DNA from: Pseudomonadota bacterium
GTDB lineage: Bacteria; Desulfobacterota; Binatia; Binatales; Binataceae
Direction of reading: 5' to 3'
Assembly (NCBI GenBank): GCA_021325025.1
Contig: JAJPHZ010000004.1
Coordinates: forward strand, 2,927 to 66,926
Length of the DNA: 64,000 nucleotides
Made by a program: the position numbers and the translations under genes. How positions within the stretch are numbered: the stretch's first letter is position 1; every line of letters starts with the position of its first letter. The notes under the pieces were generated by a model that worked only from the letters and a program-made list of their open reading frames with translations, was not told where the DNA came from and made no database searches. Of this stretch, positions 8,595 to 17,873 are shown piece by piece.

Positions 8595-8679
8595 TCTCTT
8601 TTGGAAAAGGCGAGAAACGAACCAACGACGAGATTGAAAATCGCCCGATTTTATTGGGTTTTGTTGAAGTGAGTTGGGG

Positions 8680-10743
8680 CTAGTTGCGTACGGGGATCGA
8701 TTCGTAATCCTCGGGGTGGACGTATTCCATGCCGGTGGTGCCGAGATAACGCTCGTGTGGGCGCCCGAATTGGCGCACGGAATCGCTGGAAAAAGTGATT
8801 ATGCCGTTGGGCTTGAATACCAAAATGACGTCAGAAGAATTGTGAATCAGAGTGCGAAAGAACTTCTCTCTGCGCCGTAGTGCTTCCTCGGCGGCCAGCC
8901 GTTCCGCGGCCTGGGCGGTGATGGTTGCCACCGCCTGCATGAAAATGGCGTCATCCTGAGTGAACTTGCGCGGTTTGGAGGAATGCGCCTCAGCCACGCC
9001 CCAGGGACGGTCGCGTCCTCCCACCAACACGGCGATACCGGACCGGATCTCGCTCCGAGCGTACCTGGACGGGAGCCGGACGCGGGCTTCCGTTCTGAAA
9101 TCTTCGACAACGACCGGTGCGCTTGAACTCAGAGCGCAGCCCGCATGAGAAGCCGCGACAGCATCGATCATGATCCCGATCGGCCATCCCACCGCCGCGC
9201 GAATGCGCAGCTTTTTGCCGTCGGGTTGCAATTCGTCCAGCGCACTGAACTCGACGTTGAGGGTCGTTGCGATGGTGACGGCAGCTTCTTTCAACAGCGA
9301 TTCAAGTTCGCTGGCACATAGCGCGTGTTCGCCAAGTTCGGCTATGGCGCGCTCTTGTTGCAGACGCGCGCGCAGTTGGGCCTGGGTTTCAAGCAGGTCG
9401 CGTTCCGCCGCTTTGCGCTGGCTGATGTCACGGGTGATGAAGACACCCGCCGCCTGACCTTCCGGATCCGTGATGGCACGGCCACGCACTTCACAATACG
9501 CCCAGCTTCCATCGCGCCTGCGGATGCGACATTCGTAGACGCTTGGTTGACCGGCAAAAGTCGCCGCCATACCGCACCTGACCGTGTCAAGGTCATCGGG
9601 ATGCACCACGACCGGTTCCTGGGCGGCCACGGGGTTGCCAACTTCATAGCCGAACAGGGTATAGCCCGCGTCATTGGCGTAGCGGACGGTTCCGCGCCGG
9701 TCTATCACGGCAATGGCGTCCGAACTGTTGTGCAGGATCGAGCGATAGAATTCTTCATTGCGGCGCAAAGCTTGCTCGCCTGCCATTCGCTCCACCGCGT
9801 GGGCAACGATGTTGGCGACGGACTGCAGAAAGGCGGCGTCATCGCTGGTAAACCTGCGCGGTCTGACGGTCGAAACGCTCACCACACCGTAAGGACCCTT
9901 GCTTCCAGGGATGACGCTGCTGATCCCCGATTGAATACCGCGGTCGAAAACCGCACCCAGTACCTGGAAACGGTCCTCAGTCGAAAAGTCATCGACCACA
10001 ACCGGCTCCGCCGTCATCAGGGTGTAGCCGGTTTGCGAACCTGTGCCGAACTCGGTCATGACTGCGGAGTCAGCATTCCACCCCACTCCCGCCCGCAACA
10101 CCATTCGCCGGCCGTCGTCTTGCAATTCCATCACTGCGCAATATTCGACATCCAGGGTCCTGACCAGCACCGATACTGCATCATCCAGCAGAGCATCGAG
10201 CGTGGCTGTGCGCAGCGCTCGCTGTCCCAGTTCGGCCACCGCACGTTGTTGTGCCAGGAGGAAGCGGAGTTGCGCCTGGGTTGCGAGCAGGCTGTTTTCC
10301 GCAGCACGCCGCTGGCTGATGTCGCGAGTATTGAACACCGCCACCGGTTGACCATTGGGATCTTTGATGCGCCGCCCGCGAACTTCACAATAAGCCCAGG
10401 TTCCATCAGCGCGCCGGACACGGCATTCGTAAGCGCTGGCCCCGGTCTGGAAGGTGGCGGCGATCCCACGGCGGGCGGTGTCGAAGTCGTCCGGATGAAC
10501 CGCGAGGGCGCCCTGGCGGGCCTGCGGGTCTCCAACCTCGAAGCCAAACAGTGAGTAACCGGCGTCGTTCATTTGACGGATATGACCGTCACGTTCCATC
10601 ACGGCAATGGCGTCGGAACTGTTCTGGATAATCGAGCGGTAATATTCCTGGCTGCTGCGCAGCGCCGCGGCATGCTCACACTCCAGCGCCGCCCGCGCCG
10701 CATCGCCCAAGCCTGCTTTGCGCTCTGAGAACCTCTCTGCCAT
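8680..10743 (-). CDS. Cytoplasmic sensor protein with tandem PAS-GAF-PAS-GAF modules and a truncated third PAS; no output domain
   Basis: ORF 8680..10932. The likely start is MAERFSERK (ATG at 10743, GAGGGGG upstream). Two ~290-aa modules repeat (YRSI..NSSDAIAV...VHPDD...YECR.RR.DG.WAYCEVRG...TRDISQR.AAE, then a GAF-like segment). The third copy stops after YVHPEDYESI. Confidence 0.8.
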   Translation of the reverse strand: MAERFSERKAGLGDAARAALECEHAAALRSSQEYYRSIIQNSSDAIAVMERDGHIRQMNDAGYSLFGFEVGDPQARQGALAVHPDDFDTARRGIAATFQTGASAYECRVRRADGTWAYCEVRGRRIKDPNGQPVAVFNTRDISQRRAAENSLLATQAQLRFLLAQQRAVAELGQRALRTATLDALLDDAVSVLVRTLDVEYCAVMELQDDGRRMVLRAGVGWNADSAVMTEFGTGSQTGYTLMTAEPVVVDDFSTEDRFQVLGAVFDRGIQSGISSVIPGSKGPYGVVSVSTVRPRRFTSDDAAFLQSVANIVAHAVERMAGEQALRRNEEFYRSILHNSSDAIAVIDRRGTVRYANDAGYTLFGYEVGNPVAAQEPVVVHPDDLDTVRCGMAATFAGQPSVYECRIRRRDGSWAYCEVRGRAITDPEGQAAGVFITRDISQRKAAERDLLETQAQLRARLQQERAIAELGEHALCASELESLLKEAAVTIATTLNVEFSALDELQPDGKKLRIRAAVGWPIGIMIDAVAASHAGCALSSSAPVVVEDFRTEARVRLPSRYARSEIRSGIAVLVGGRDRPWGVAEAHSSKPRKFTQDDAIFMQAVATITAQAAERLAAEEALRRREKFFRTLIHNSSDVILVFKPNGIITFSSDSVRQFGRPHERYLGTTGMEYVHPEDYESIPVRN

Positions 10744-10888
10744 CGGTACCCCCTCGTACCGCAGCCCGAACCAGTGGCCGCACCGGATGAGTAAAAGGCA
10801 GACTATAATTTCCTGCGCCGCAATGCCATCCGCGATAACGCTGCCAGCGGTTGCATCGCGGCGGTGCAATTGGGAAACAATTGACGCG

Positions 10889-12985
10889 ATGAGCGCGCAA
10901 GGCCTGCGAGTGGCATTTGATGTCGGCGGCACGTTTATCGACGTGGTAATCGCCGACGACGACGGACAGATTTTTACTTACAAGATTCTGGCCCTGCCCG
11001 ACAGCATCGGTGGCGATGTCGGCGGCTGCGTGCAGGACGCGCTGGCGCGCAGCAGTGCGGATAGCATCGCGCGGATGGTGCACGCCACCACCGTCGCCTC
11101 CAACACCGTGCTGGAGGGCAAGGGTGCGGTTACGGGCCTTTTATGCACCCGGGGCTTCCGCGACCTGATCGAGATCCGCGGCCTGCAGCGCCCCGCCATC
11201 TACGACATCTTCTGGGACCGCCTCCCACCCCTGGTCCCGCGCCGGCGCCGTCTTGAAGTGACCGAGCGGATCATGGCCGGCGGTCAGGTGCGAACGCCCC
11301 TTAATGAAGATGATGTGCGCAGCGCTTTGCACTCGCTGCGCGCGCAGGGCACCCAGGCGGTCGCGGTCTGCTTTCTTCATTCCTATCTCAATGCCGAGCA
11401 CGAACGGCGTGCGATGGCGCTGGTGCGGGAGATTATGCCCGACGCCGCGGCTTGTTCCTCCGCCGAGGTGCTGCCCGAAATCCGCGAATACCCGCGCGCC
11501 TCCACCACCGTGCTCAACGCCTACCTGATGGGAGCGGTCAACGGCTACCTGGGAAAAATCGAGCGCGAACTGAGCCGCTGGGGCCGCGAGATTCTTATCA
11601 TGCAGTCCAACGGCGGCATCATGACCGCCGCGCATGCGCGCAAATTTCCGGTGCGCATGATCGAATCGGGACCCGCTGCCGGAGTGCTGGCCGCCGCCAG
11701 TCTGGCGCGCGAATCGGGACTGTCCAACGTGGTCGCCTTCGACATGGGCGGCACCACCGTCAAGGCCTGTCTGATCGAAAACGGCGAGGCGGCTGAAATC
11801 AATGAGGGCGAGGTCGGCGGCGGCATCAACCGCTCGGGCTACCTGATGAAGGGTGCAGGCTACACGCTGCGCGTCCCGGCTTACGACATTGTCGAACTGG
11901 GCGCCGGCGGCGGCAGTATCGCGCGCATCGAGGAAGGATTGCTGATGCGCGTCGGACCCCAGAGCGCGGGCGCCGCGCCGGGCCCGGCATGTTACGCACG
12001 CGGCGGAACGCAACCCACCGTGACCGACGCCAACGTGGTGCTGGGCTACATGAACCCCGAGGCGATCGCCGGCGGCACGGTGCCGATCGAGGCCGCGGCG
12101 GCACGTGCCGCGATCGATGCGCATCTGGGGCGTCAGCTCGGCGTGGCGCCGTCGGCGGCCGCCCTGGGCGTGCATCGCGTGGTCAACGCCACGATGGCGC
12201 GCGCGATTCGTTCGGTGACCAGCGAGCGCGGGCGCGACCCGCGCGAATACACGATGGTGGCGTTTGGCGGCGCGGGGCCGATCCATGCCGCCGCGCTGGC
12301 CGCCGATATCGGCATCGGCCGCGTGTATGTGCCGCTTTATCCCGGGCTGTTCAGCTCGCTGGGCCTGCTGTTTGCCGACCTGCGCTACGACGGCGTGCGC
12401 AGCGTGATGGCGCGGCTTGACGAGCTTGACCCTGCCGTGCTGCGCCGCCATTGCCGAATGCTGGTCGATGAACTGCGCCAGCGGCTCGCCCGTGAGGCGG
12501 GCGCTACCGAGATGCGCTTTGAGAGCAACGTCGAGCTGCGCTACTTGCGCCAGGATTCGGAGTTGAGCTTCAGGATTCCCAACGACATCGCCGACGCTGA
12601 GCTTTGCGCATGGCTTGACCGCGCGTTCCATCCCGAACATCAGCGCAACTTCGGCTATCGCCGCGACGGCGACCCGATACTGGCGGTCAGCTTGCGCGTG
12701 CGCGCGATTGCGCCCGCGCGCAGCGTCGCGGCGCAGGACCTGGCGGCGGGCTTCGAGCGCGCCGCGAAGAGCGCCGCCAGGCTCCCGCCACGATCGCGGC
12801 TGGCATACTTCGGGCCGCAGGCGACGCCGATGCAGGCGCGCGTGATGACACGCCAAAGCCTGCTCGACGGCGCACTGGCAGGCCCGGCGATTATCGAGGA
12901 GTTCGACACCACGATCGTGATTCCGCCCGGATGGCGTGCTGAGCTGGATCGCCTTGCCAACGTCGTGCTCTCGGCGGCCGGATGA
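10889..12985 (+). CDS. hyuA: Hydantoinase/oxoprolinase family protein, A subunit (HyuA-like)
   Basis: ORF 10718..12985. Start is MSAQGLRVAFDVGGTFIDVV (ATG at 10889). Family-typical DVGGTF.D and FDMGGTT motifs. Confidence 0.9.
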   Translation: MSAQGLRVAFDVGGTFIDVVIADDDGQIFTYKILALPDSIGGDVGGCVQDALARSSADSIARMVHATTVASNTVLEGKGAVTGLLCTRGFRDLIEIRGLQRPAIYDIFWDRLPPLVPRRRRLEVTERIMAGGQVRTPLNEDDVRSALHSLRAQGTQAVAVCFLHSYLNAEHERRAMALVREIMPDAAACSSAEVLPEIREYPRASTTVLNAYLMGAVNGYLGKIERELSRWGREILIMQSNGGIMTAAHARKFPVRMIESGPAAGVLAAASLARESGLSNVVAFDMGGTTVKACLIENGEAAEINEGEVGGGINRSGYLMKGAGYTLRVPAYDIVELGAGGGSIARIEEGLLMRVGPQSAGAAPGPACYARGGTQPTVTDANVVLGYMNPEAIAGGTVPIEAAAARAAIDAHLGRQLGVAPSAAALGVHRVVNATMARAIRSVTSERGRDPREYTMVAFGGAGPIHAAALAADIGIGRVYVPLYPGLFSSLGLLFADLRYDGVRSVMARLDELDPAVLRRHCRMLVDELRQRLAREAGATEMRFESNVELRYLRQDSELSFRIPNDIADAELCAWLDRAFHPEHQRNFGYRRDGDPILAVSLRVRAIAPARSVAAQDLAAGFERAAKSAARLPPRSRLAYFGPQATPMQARVMTRQSLLDGALAGPAIIEEFDTTIVIPPGWRAELDRLANVVLSAAG

Positions 12986-13086
12986 CACGACATCGGCATG
13001 ACCGAAGAACAACATGCTAAAAGCCGTGGCACAGGCTGGAAGCCCTGCCCCGGAAAAGCTAATCAGACAACCGAGCGAGAACTCCG

Positions 13087-14823
13087 ATGAACCACAGCGT
13101 CGATCCGATCCTGCTGGAAGTAATCAACAACGCTCTGACCGCAATCGGCGACGAGATGGGCAACACGATGAAGCGCACCGCGCGCTCGATCACGGCGCGC
13201 ATCGGCGACTTTTCCACCGTGTTGGTCGATGCGCGTGGACGGGTGATTGCCCAGGGACAGGGCGCCGGATTCCATCTCGGCTACATCCGCGGCGTGATGC
13301 CGGCGCTGCTCAAAAAGTTCGCCGGCAAGCTGCGCCCGGGCGACATCCTGGCCTCCAACGACCCCTATGGCGGGTTGTCCCATCTTCCGGATATCGTGCT
13401 GCTGGCGCCCATTTTCTGGCGCGACACGATGGTCGGGTTCTCCACCCTGGTCACCCATCATTCCGATATCGGCGGGCGCTTCCCCGGCGGCCAGAGCACG
13501 GTGTGCGCGGAGATTTACGAAGAAGGGCTGCGTCTGCCCTGCGTCAAGCTGTACGAGGAGGGGCGCCCCAACCAGGCGCTGCTGGAGGTCATCGCCGGCA
13601 ACGTGCGCACGCCCGACGACGTGATCGGCGATCTCGAGGGACAGGCCGCAGCCTGCCGGCGCGGCATCCGCGGCGTCCAGGAGCTGATCGACAAGTACGG
13701 GCTGGCGTGCTTCGAAGCCGCGGTCGCCCAGCTCCATCGCTACAGTGAGCGCGTGGTGCGCGGCGAGATCGCCAAGATCGCCGACGGCGAATACGAGTGG
13801 GACGAGCATTTCGAAGAAGACGGCGTCGGTGGTCCCGGCATCAGGCTGAAGCTGTGCCTCAAGGTGCGCGGTGACTCCATAATCGTCGATTTCACCGGTT
13901 CCGATCCGCAGGTCAAAAGCGCCATCAACGTGCCCTACTCGCTGACCTGTTCGGCGGCCTACATCTGTCTGCGCGGGGTGCTGGCGGCCGACGCGCCCGC
14001 CAACGACGGATTGTTCGAGCCGGTGGAAGTGATCGCACCTAAGGGATGCGTGCTCAATCCGAATTTTCCCGCCGCGATCGGCGGTCGCGGCATGATGCTG
14101 TGGCGGATCTGCGACATGATGTTCGGCGCGCTGGCCAAGGCGATGCCGGGGCGCATCTTCGCCGCCGGCGAGGGCGGCATCTCCAGCCTGACCTACGCCT
14201 ACGGCGGCGTTGAGCCGGGCGCCTCGCCGGTGCTCACCGACTGGTACGGCGGCGGATGGGGCGCGCGTCCGAACAAGGATGGAATCGACGGCGTCAACTC
14301 ACTGCTGTCGGGCAACGGCGGATCGAGCGTGCCGGTGGAAAGACTGGAAGTAGAGTTTCCGATCCTGATGGAAGCATACGGGCTGATGCCGGACACCGGC
14401 GGCGCCGGCCGCTATCGCGGCTGTTTGTCAGTCTATCGCACCTACCGGTTTCTCAAACCCGGACGGGCGCTGATTCGCACTTGCCGCACCACCACGGTGC
14501 CGTACGGGCTCGACGGCGGTGCCAACGGCACTCCGTTCAGGGTCGTGCTGGAGCGCGGCGGCGTGCACACCGACTTTCCGCCGCAGATGCTCGTCGATGC
14601 GCAGGTCGGTCCCGAGGATGCGATCATGCATCAGTTGCCGGGCGGGGGCGGATACGGCGACCCGCTGCAACGCGACCCGGCGATGGTGCTGGAGGATGTG
14701 CTGGACGAGAAGATTTCGCCGGGGTACGCACAGCGCGTCTACGGAGTTGTAATCGAAGGCGGGGCGGTGGACGAGTTGCGCACGCGTGCGCTGCGCGGCT
14801 CGATGCGCCGGGCGCGTGCCTGA
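13087..14823 (+). CDS. hyuB: Hydantoinase B/oxoprolinase family protein (HyuB-like)
   Basis: 578-aa ORF. MNHSVDPILLEVINNALTAIGDEMGNTMKRTARS...NDPYGG.SHLPD; the C-terminus GGGGYGDPLQRDP is typical of HyuB. Confidence 0.9.
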   Translation: MNHSVDPILLEVINNALTAIGDEMGNTMKRTARSITARIGDFSTVLVDARGRVIAQGQGAGFHLGYIRGVMPALLKKFAGKLRPGDILASNDPYGGLSHLPDIVLLAPIFWRDTMVGFSTLVTHHSDIGGRFPGGQSTVCAEIYEEGLRLPCVKLYEEGRPNQALLEVIAGNVRTPDDVIGDLEGQAAACRRGIRGVQELIDKYGLACFEAAVAQLHRYSERVVRGEIAKIADGEYEWDEHFEEDGVGGPGIRLKLCLKVRGDSIIVDFTGSDPQVKSAINVPYSLTCSAAYICLRGVLAADAPANDGLFEPVEVIAPKGCVLNPNFPAAIGGRGMMLWRICDMMFGALAKAMPGRIFAAGEGGISSLTYAYGGVEPGASPVLTDWYGGGWGARPNKDGIDGVNSLLSGNGGSSVPVERLEVEFPILMEAYGLMPDTGGAGRYRGCLSVYRTYRFLKPGRALIRTCRTTTVPYGLDGGANGTPFRVVLERGGVHTDFPPQMLVDAQVGPEDAIMHQLPGGGGYGDPLQRDPAMVLEDVLDEKISPGYAQRVYGVVIEGGAVDELRTRALRGSMRRARA

Positions 14824-14831
14824 GGCCTCGC

Positions 14832-15773
14832 TCAGGCGCGCGTCAGGCCCAACTCGCGGCGAAAATGCTCGATGGTGCGCGCCAGGCCCTCGCGCAGCGG
14901 CACTTTGGGCTGCCAGCCCAGCCGCTCACGAGCCAGCGTGATGTCGGGGCGCCGGCGCGTCGGATCGTCGGGCGGCAGCGGCTTGTGAAGCAGCGTGGAG
15001 GAGCTTTTGGACAGCTCGATCGCCAATTTTGCCAGCTCCAGCATCGTGAACTCGTCGGGATTGCCCAGGTTGACCGGCCCGATGAAATCAGGCGCGTCCA
15101 TCATCCGGATCATCCCTTCGACCAGATCGTCGATGTAGGCAAACGAACGCGTCTGCGTGCCTGCGCCGTACACGGTCAGCGGCTCGCCGCGCAGCGCGGC
15201 GACGCAGAAGTTCGACACCACGCGTCCATCGTTGACCGCCATCCGCGGCCCGTAGGTGTTGAAGATCCGCACGATCTTGATATCGACGTTGTTCTGCCGA
15301 TGATAGTCCATCATCAGGCACTCGGCCACGCGCTTGCCTTCGTCGTAACAGGAGCGAATGCCGATCGGATTGACATGTCCCCAGTAGGTTTCCTTTTGCG
15401 GATGCTCCTCGGGGTCGCCGTAAACCTCGCTGGTGGAGCTCAGTAAAATCCGCGCCCTGACCCGCTTGGCCAGACCCAACATGTTGATCGTGCCCATCAC
15501 GTTGGTTTTGGTGGTTTTGACCGGATTGTACTGGTAATGCACCGGCGAGGCGGGACAGGCCAGATGGAAGATGCGATCGACTTCCAGCAAGATCGGCTCG
15601 ACGACGTCATGGCGAATCAGTTCGAAGTTGGGGTCATTGCGCAGATGCGCGATATTGGCCCGCTTGCCGCTGAAGAAGTTGTCCAGGCAGATCACTTCAT
15701 GTTTGTCCCTGAGCAGCCGATCGCATAAATGGGAACCGATGAATCCCGCACCGCCGGTAACCAGTATTCGCAC
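14832..15773 (-). CDS. UDP-glucuronate decarboxylase (UDP-xylose synthase-like SDR)
   Basis: 313-aa [23 protein letters not shown]...[11 protein letters not shown]...YDEGKR, typical of the UXS/extended SDR family. Confidence 0.85.
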   Translation of the reverse strand: MRILVTGGAGFIGSHLCDRLLRDKHEVICLDNFFSGKRANIAHLRNDPNFELIRHDVVEPILLEVDRIFHLACPASPVHYQYNPVKTTKTNVMGTINMLGLAKRVRARILLSSTSEVYGDPEEHPQKETYWGHVNPIGIRSCYDEGKRVAECLMMDYHRQNNVDIKIVRIFNTYGPRMAVNDGRVVSNFCVAALRGEPLTVYGAGTQTRSFAYIDDLVEGMIRMMDAPDFIGPVNLGNPDEFTMLELAKLAIELSKSSSTLLHKPLPPDDPTRRRPDITLARERLGWQPKVPLREGLARTIEHFRRELGLTRA

Positions 15774-16028
15774 CTTGGCATTCTCCTATCGGGTTGTTGG
15801 CGCCGTCCCCCAACGCCGTGCGCGTCGCGCTGCAAATCCCGGCGCCACCTTGCGCGCCAGCTTGCATTCAGATGTCTTCACGGGTTTTTCCGCGTAAAAG
15901 TGACGGTCGAGGCAGGCGATATTTTGGACCGGGACGAGCGTCGAATCACCGTCCCACAGTATAGGAGATTGGCTGAAACAGGCACAAGGTTTGACCGCAC
16001 GCGGCTGCTGGCGGGCTTTGGGCTGCTG

Positions 16029-17762
16029 ATGCCTGCGCTGTGGTTTGCGCTGGTAGCGGCGGCGGTCTGGCCGCTGGCCGATGGACCGGTCGCCGACAGT
16101 TGGATTTATCTGCGCGCGGTCAAACGCCTTAATGTGGGAATCCTGTCGATGCCCGGTTTCGCCGCAGCCATTCCCGCCGCGCAGCTTGTCTACGGTCTGG
16201 GCTGGTCGCGTCTTTTCGGACTTGACTACGTTTCACTGGATTACTCGGTAATGGTGCTGGGTGTTTCGGGGGGCATGCTTTTTTACAGCCTGGCCCGCCG
16301 ATGCGGCGCCGCAGTGCCCTGCGCCCTGTTGGCCACGGCGCTGCTGATCGTCAATCCCTGCTACCTGTTCCTCAGCTTCTCCTTCATGAGTGACGTTCCC
16401 TTCGTGGTCCTTTTGATCGCAGCCCACCTGATGTTTGCAGCGGCGCAGCATGCACATCGCAACGCACGGCTATGGGCCTGTGCGATACTGCTGACAGCCG
16501 CATTTATGGTGCGGCCCTTTGCGCTGGCCGCAGTCGCCGGCTGCGCCGCGGTGACTTGGTTTGCCCCTCGGCCACGCCGCCCGCTTCGCGAACGTATGCG
16601 GGAGTTGCTTCCCTTCCTGACCGCGACCGCCGTCTGCGTGCTGTTCTGGCTGTGGTTGACGGCCGCGATGCCGGCGCCCTGGATGCTGGCGCTGCGGGCC
16701 AACAAGCTTCACTACCTTTACACGGTGCCAGTTCGCACCTACTTCATCGACGCGCTGGTGGCGCCGCTGCTGTACCTCGGCCTGGTTCTAAGCCCGCTGG
16801 CTCTGCCGCATCTGGTATCATCGCGATGGCGCCGCGGACTGGCAATCGCCGCCGCGCTGGCCGTGGCGACGCTGCCCGTGCTGCTAACCGACCCGGGCGC
16901 AAGCTCGATCCCCGAGCTGAGTTGCTGCGGTGGATGGAACAACGTGCTGGTCTTACGCGGCCCGCTTAGATTTGCCTGGACCAATCTTCCCCTGCGCCTG
17001 GCGATACTCGGCATCAGCATCCTCGGCGTCGCCGGGATTGTCCTGGCAGCGATGGAAATCAAAGCCGCCGAGGCCGGCTTTCTTGCCGTAATCGTCAGCG
17101 CCGCGATCTATTGGGCCGGCACGGTACCATTGTGGCTTTACAACGATCGTTACTACCTCGTGATGCTGCCGGCGGGATGTCTGCTGTTGGCGGCTGCGCC
17201 CCGGCCGCGCACAATGGCGGCGCGTGGCGCGACTTTGGCAATGCTGGCGGCGATGGGATGGTTGGCCGCCGCCGGCGTTTACGATCAGCAACGTGGGCTG
17301 GATGCAGTGATGGCGGCGCGCGACGCGCTGCTCGCGCAAGGCGTCGCGCGCACCGAGATCGACGCCGGCTATCCGCTCAACGGCAGCGACCTGTATCGCG
17401 ATCCCGCCCCGGGCCGTCAGGAAACCTTCGCGCTGGAAGCGGGAATCCCGCTCATCACTTCATCGGAACCCAAGCTCTATACGATTGCTGCCGCGCCGCT
17501 TGCCGGCAGCGCCATCCTCAGACGCTTCAAATGGCCGGGTGTCTTCGGCCTGGGCCATCGCACTCTGTACGTGCTGAAAACCCCACCGGCGGCGGTTTCG
17601 TCGCGGCCGCCAGATAGCCTCGGCGTGAAACATCCAATTGCGCAGCGTGCCGACCTCTCCACACATCCTGGTCTGGTGCTCATCGCGGTCCGCCTGTCGG
17701 TAATGGCGCTGATAGCACTATCGCCGCTGCTGGCGGTCGCGGTCCGTTTGCTTAGGTCGTAG
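16029..17762 (+). CDS. Polytopic membrane protein, GT-C type (ArnT/PMT-like) glycosyltransferase candidate
   Basis: ORF 15729..17762, but the first ~100 codons overlap the UXS gene and look non-coding. First ATG after that is at 16029 (an in-frame TTG at 15969 is also possible). More than 10 hydrophobic segments throughout. Confidence 0.55.
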   Translation: MPALWFALVAAAVWPLADGPVADSWIYLRAVKRLNVGILSMPGFAAAIPAAQLVYGLGWSRLFGLDYVSLDYSVMVLGVSGGMLFYSLARRCGAAVPCALLATALLIVNPCYLFLSFSFMSDVPFVVLLIAAHLMFAAAQHAHRNARLWACAILLTAAFMVRPFALAAVAGCAAVTWFAPRPRRPLRERMRELLPFLTATAVCVLFWLWLTAAMPAPWMLALRANKLHYLYTVPVRTYFIDALVAPLLYLGLVLSPLALPHLVSSRWRRGLAIAAALAVATLPVLLTDPGASSIPELSCCGGWNNVLVLRGPLRFAWTNLPLRLAILGISILGVAGIVLAAMEIKAAEAGFLAVIVSAAIYWAGTVPLWLYNDRYYLVMLPAGCLLLAAAPRPRTMAARGATLAMLAAMGWLAAAGVYDQQRGLDAVMAARDALLAQGVARTEIDAGYPLNGSDLYRDPAPGRQETFALEAGIPLITSSEPKLYTIAAAPLAGSAILRRFKWPGVFGLGHRTLYVLKTPPAAVSSRPPDSLGVKHPIAQRADLSTHPGLVLIAVRLSVMALIALSPLLAVAVRLLRS

Positions 17763-17873
17763 CTTCTGCCTGATCCTGTCCTCTCCTGATTCTCTTGCGC
17801 ACGAACGCTACCGGGTCTGAATGGCAATAAGCTTGATCAGTGTGTCCAGCCTAAGGCGGAGAAGACCGAACCT

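Larger units (their letters stand above)
1..8678 (-). mobile_element. Conjugative-transfer module (Trb/MPF-T type IV secretion genes, relaxase, coupling protein) of an integrated conjugative element or integrated plasmid. The left boundary is outside the window and the right boundary is the junction with a truncated sensor gene.
   Basis: Ten co-directional minus-strand genes with overlapping or nearly abutting stop/start codons, each recognisable as a transfer function (see individual CDS). The module ends in ~160 bp of visibly lower-GC non-coding DNA (8519-8679). No integrase, transposase or att repeat is visible in the window. Confidence 0.7.

Noticed and set aside
13026-13042. TGGCAC-N5-GGAAG upstream of hyuB, resembling a sigma-54 -24 element.
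   Set aside because: The -12 element (TTGC) is absent, and hyuB follows hyuA by ~100 nt and is probably co-transcribed.
15729-16028. N-terminal 100 codons of the GT-C ORF. Similar 5' extensions occur in the ORF track for 10718, 25339, 26920..27633, 28478, 31427, 43320, 45371, 48621, 49104, 50183, 55921, 57201, 59111..60955 and 5751..7130.
   Set aside because: The extensions overlap neighbouring genes or spacers, lack SD sequences and family-like sequence. Internal starts with good SD sequences coincide with the conserved N-termini of the respective families.
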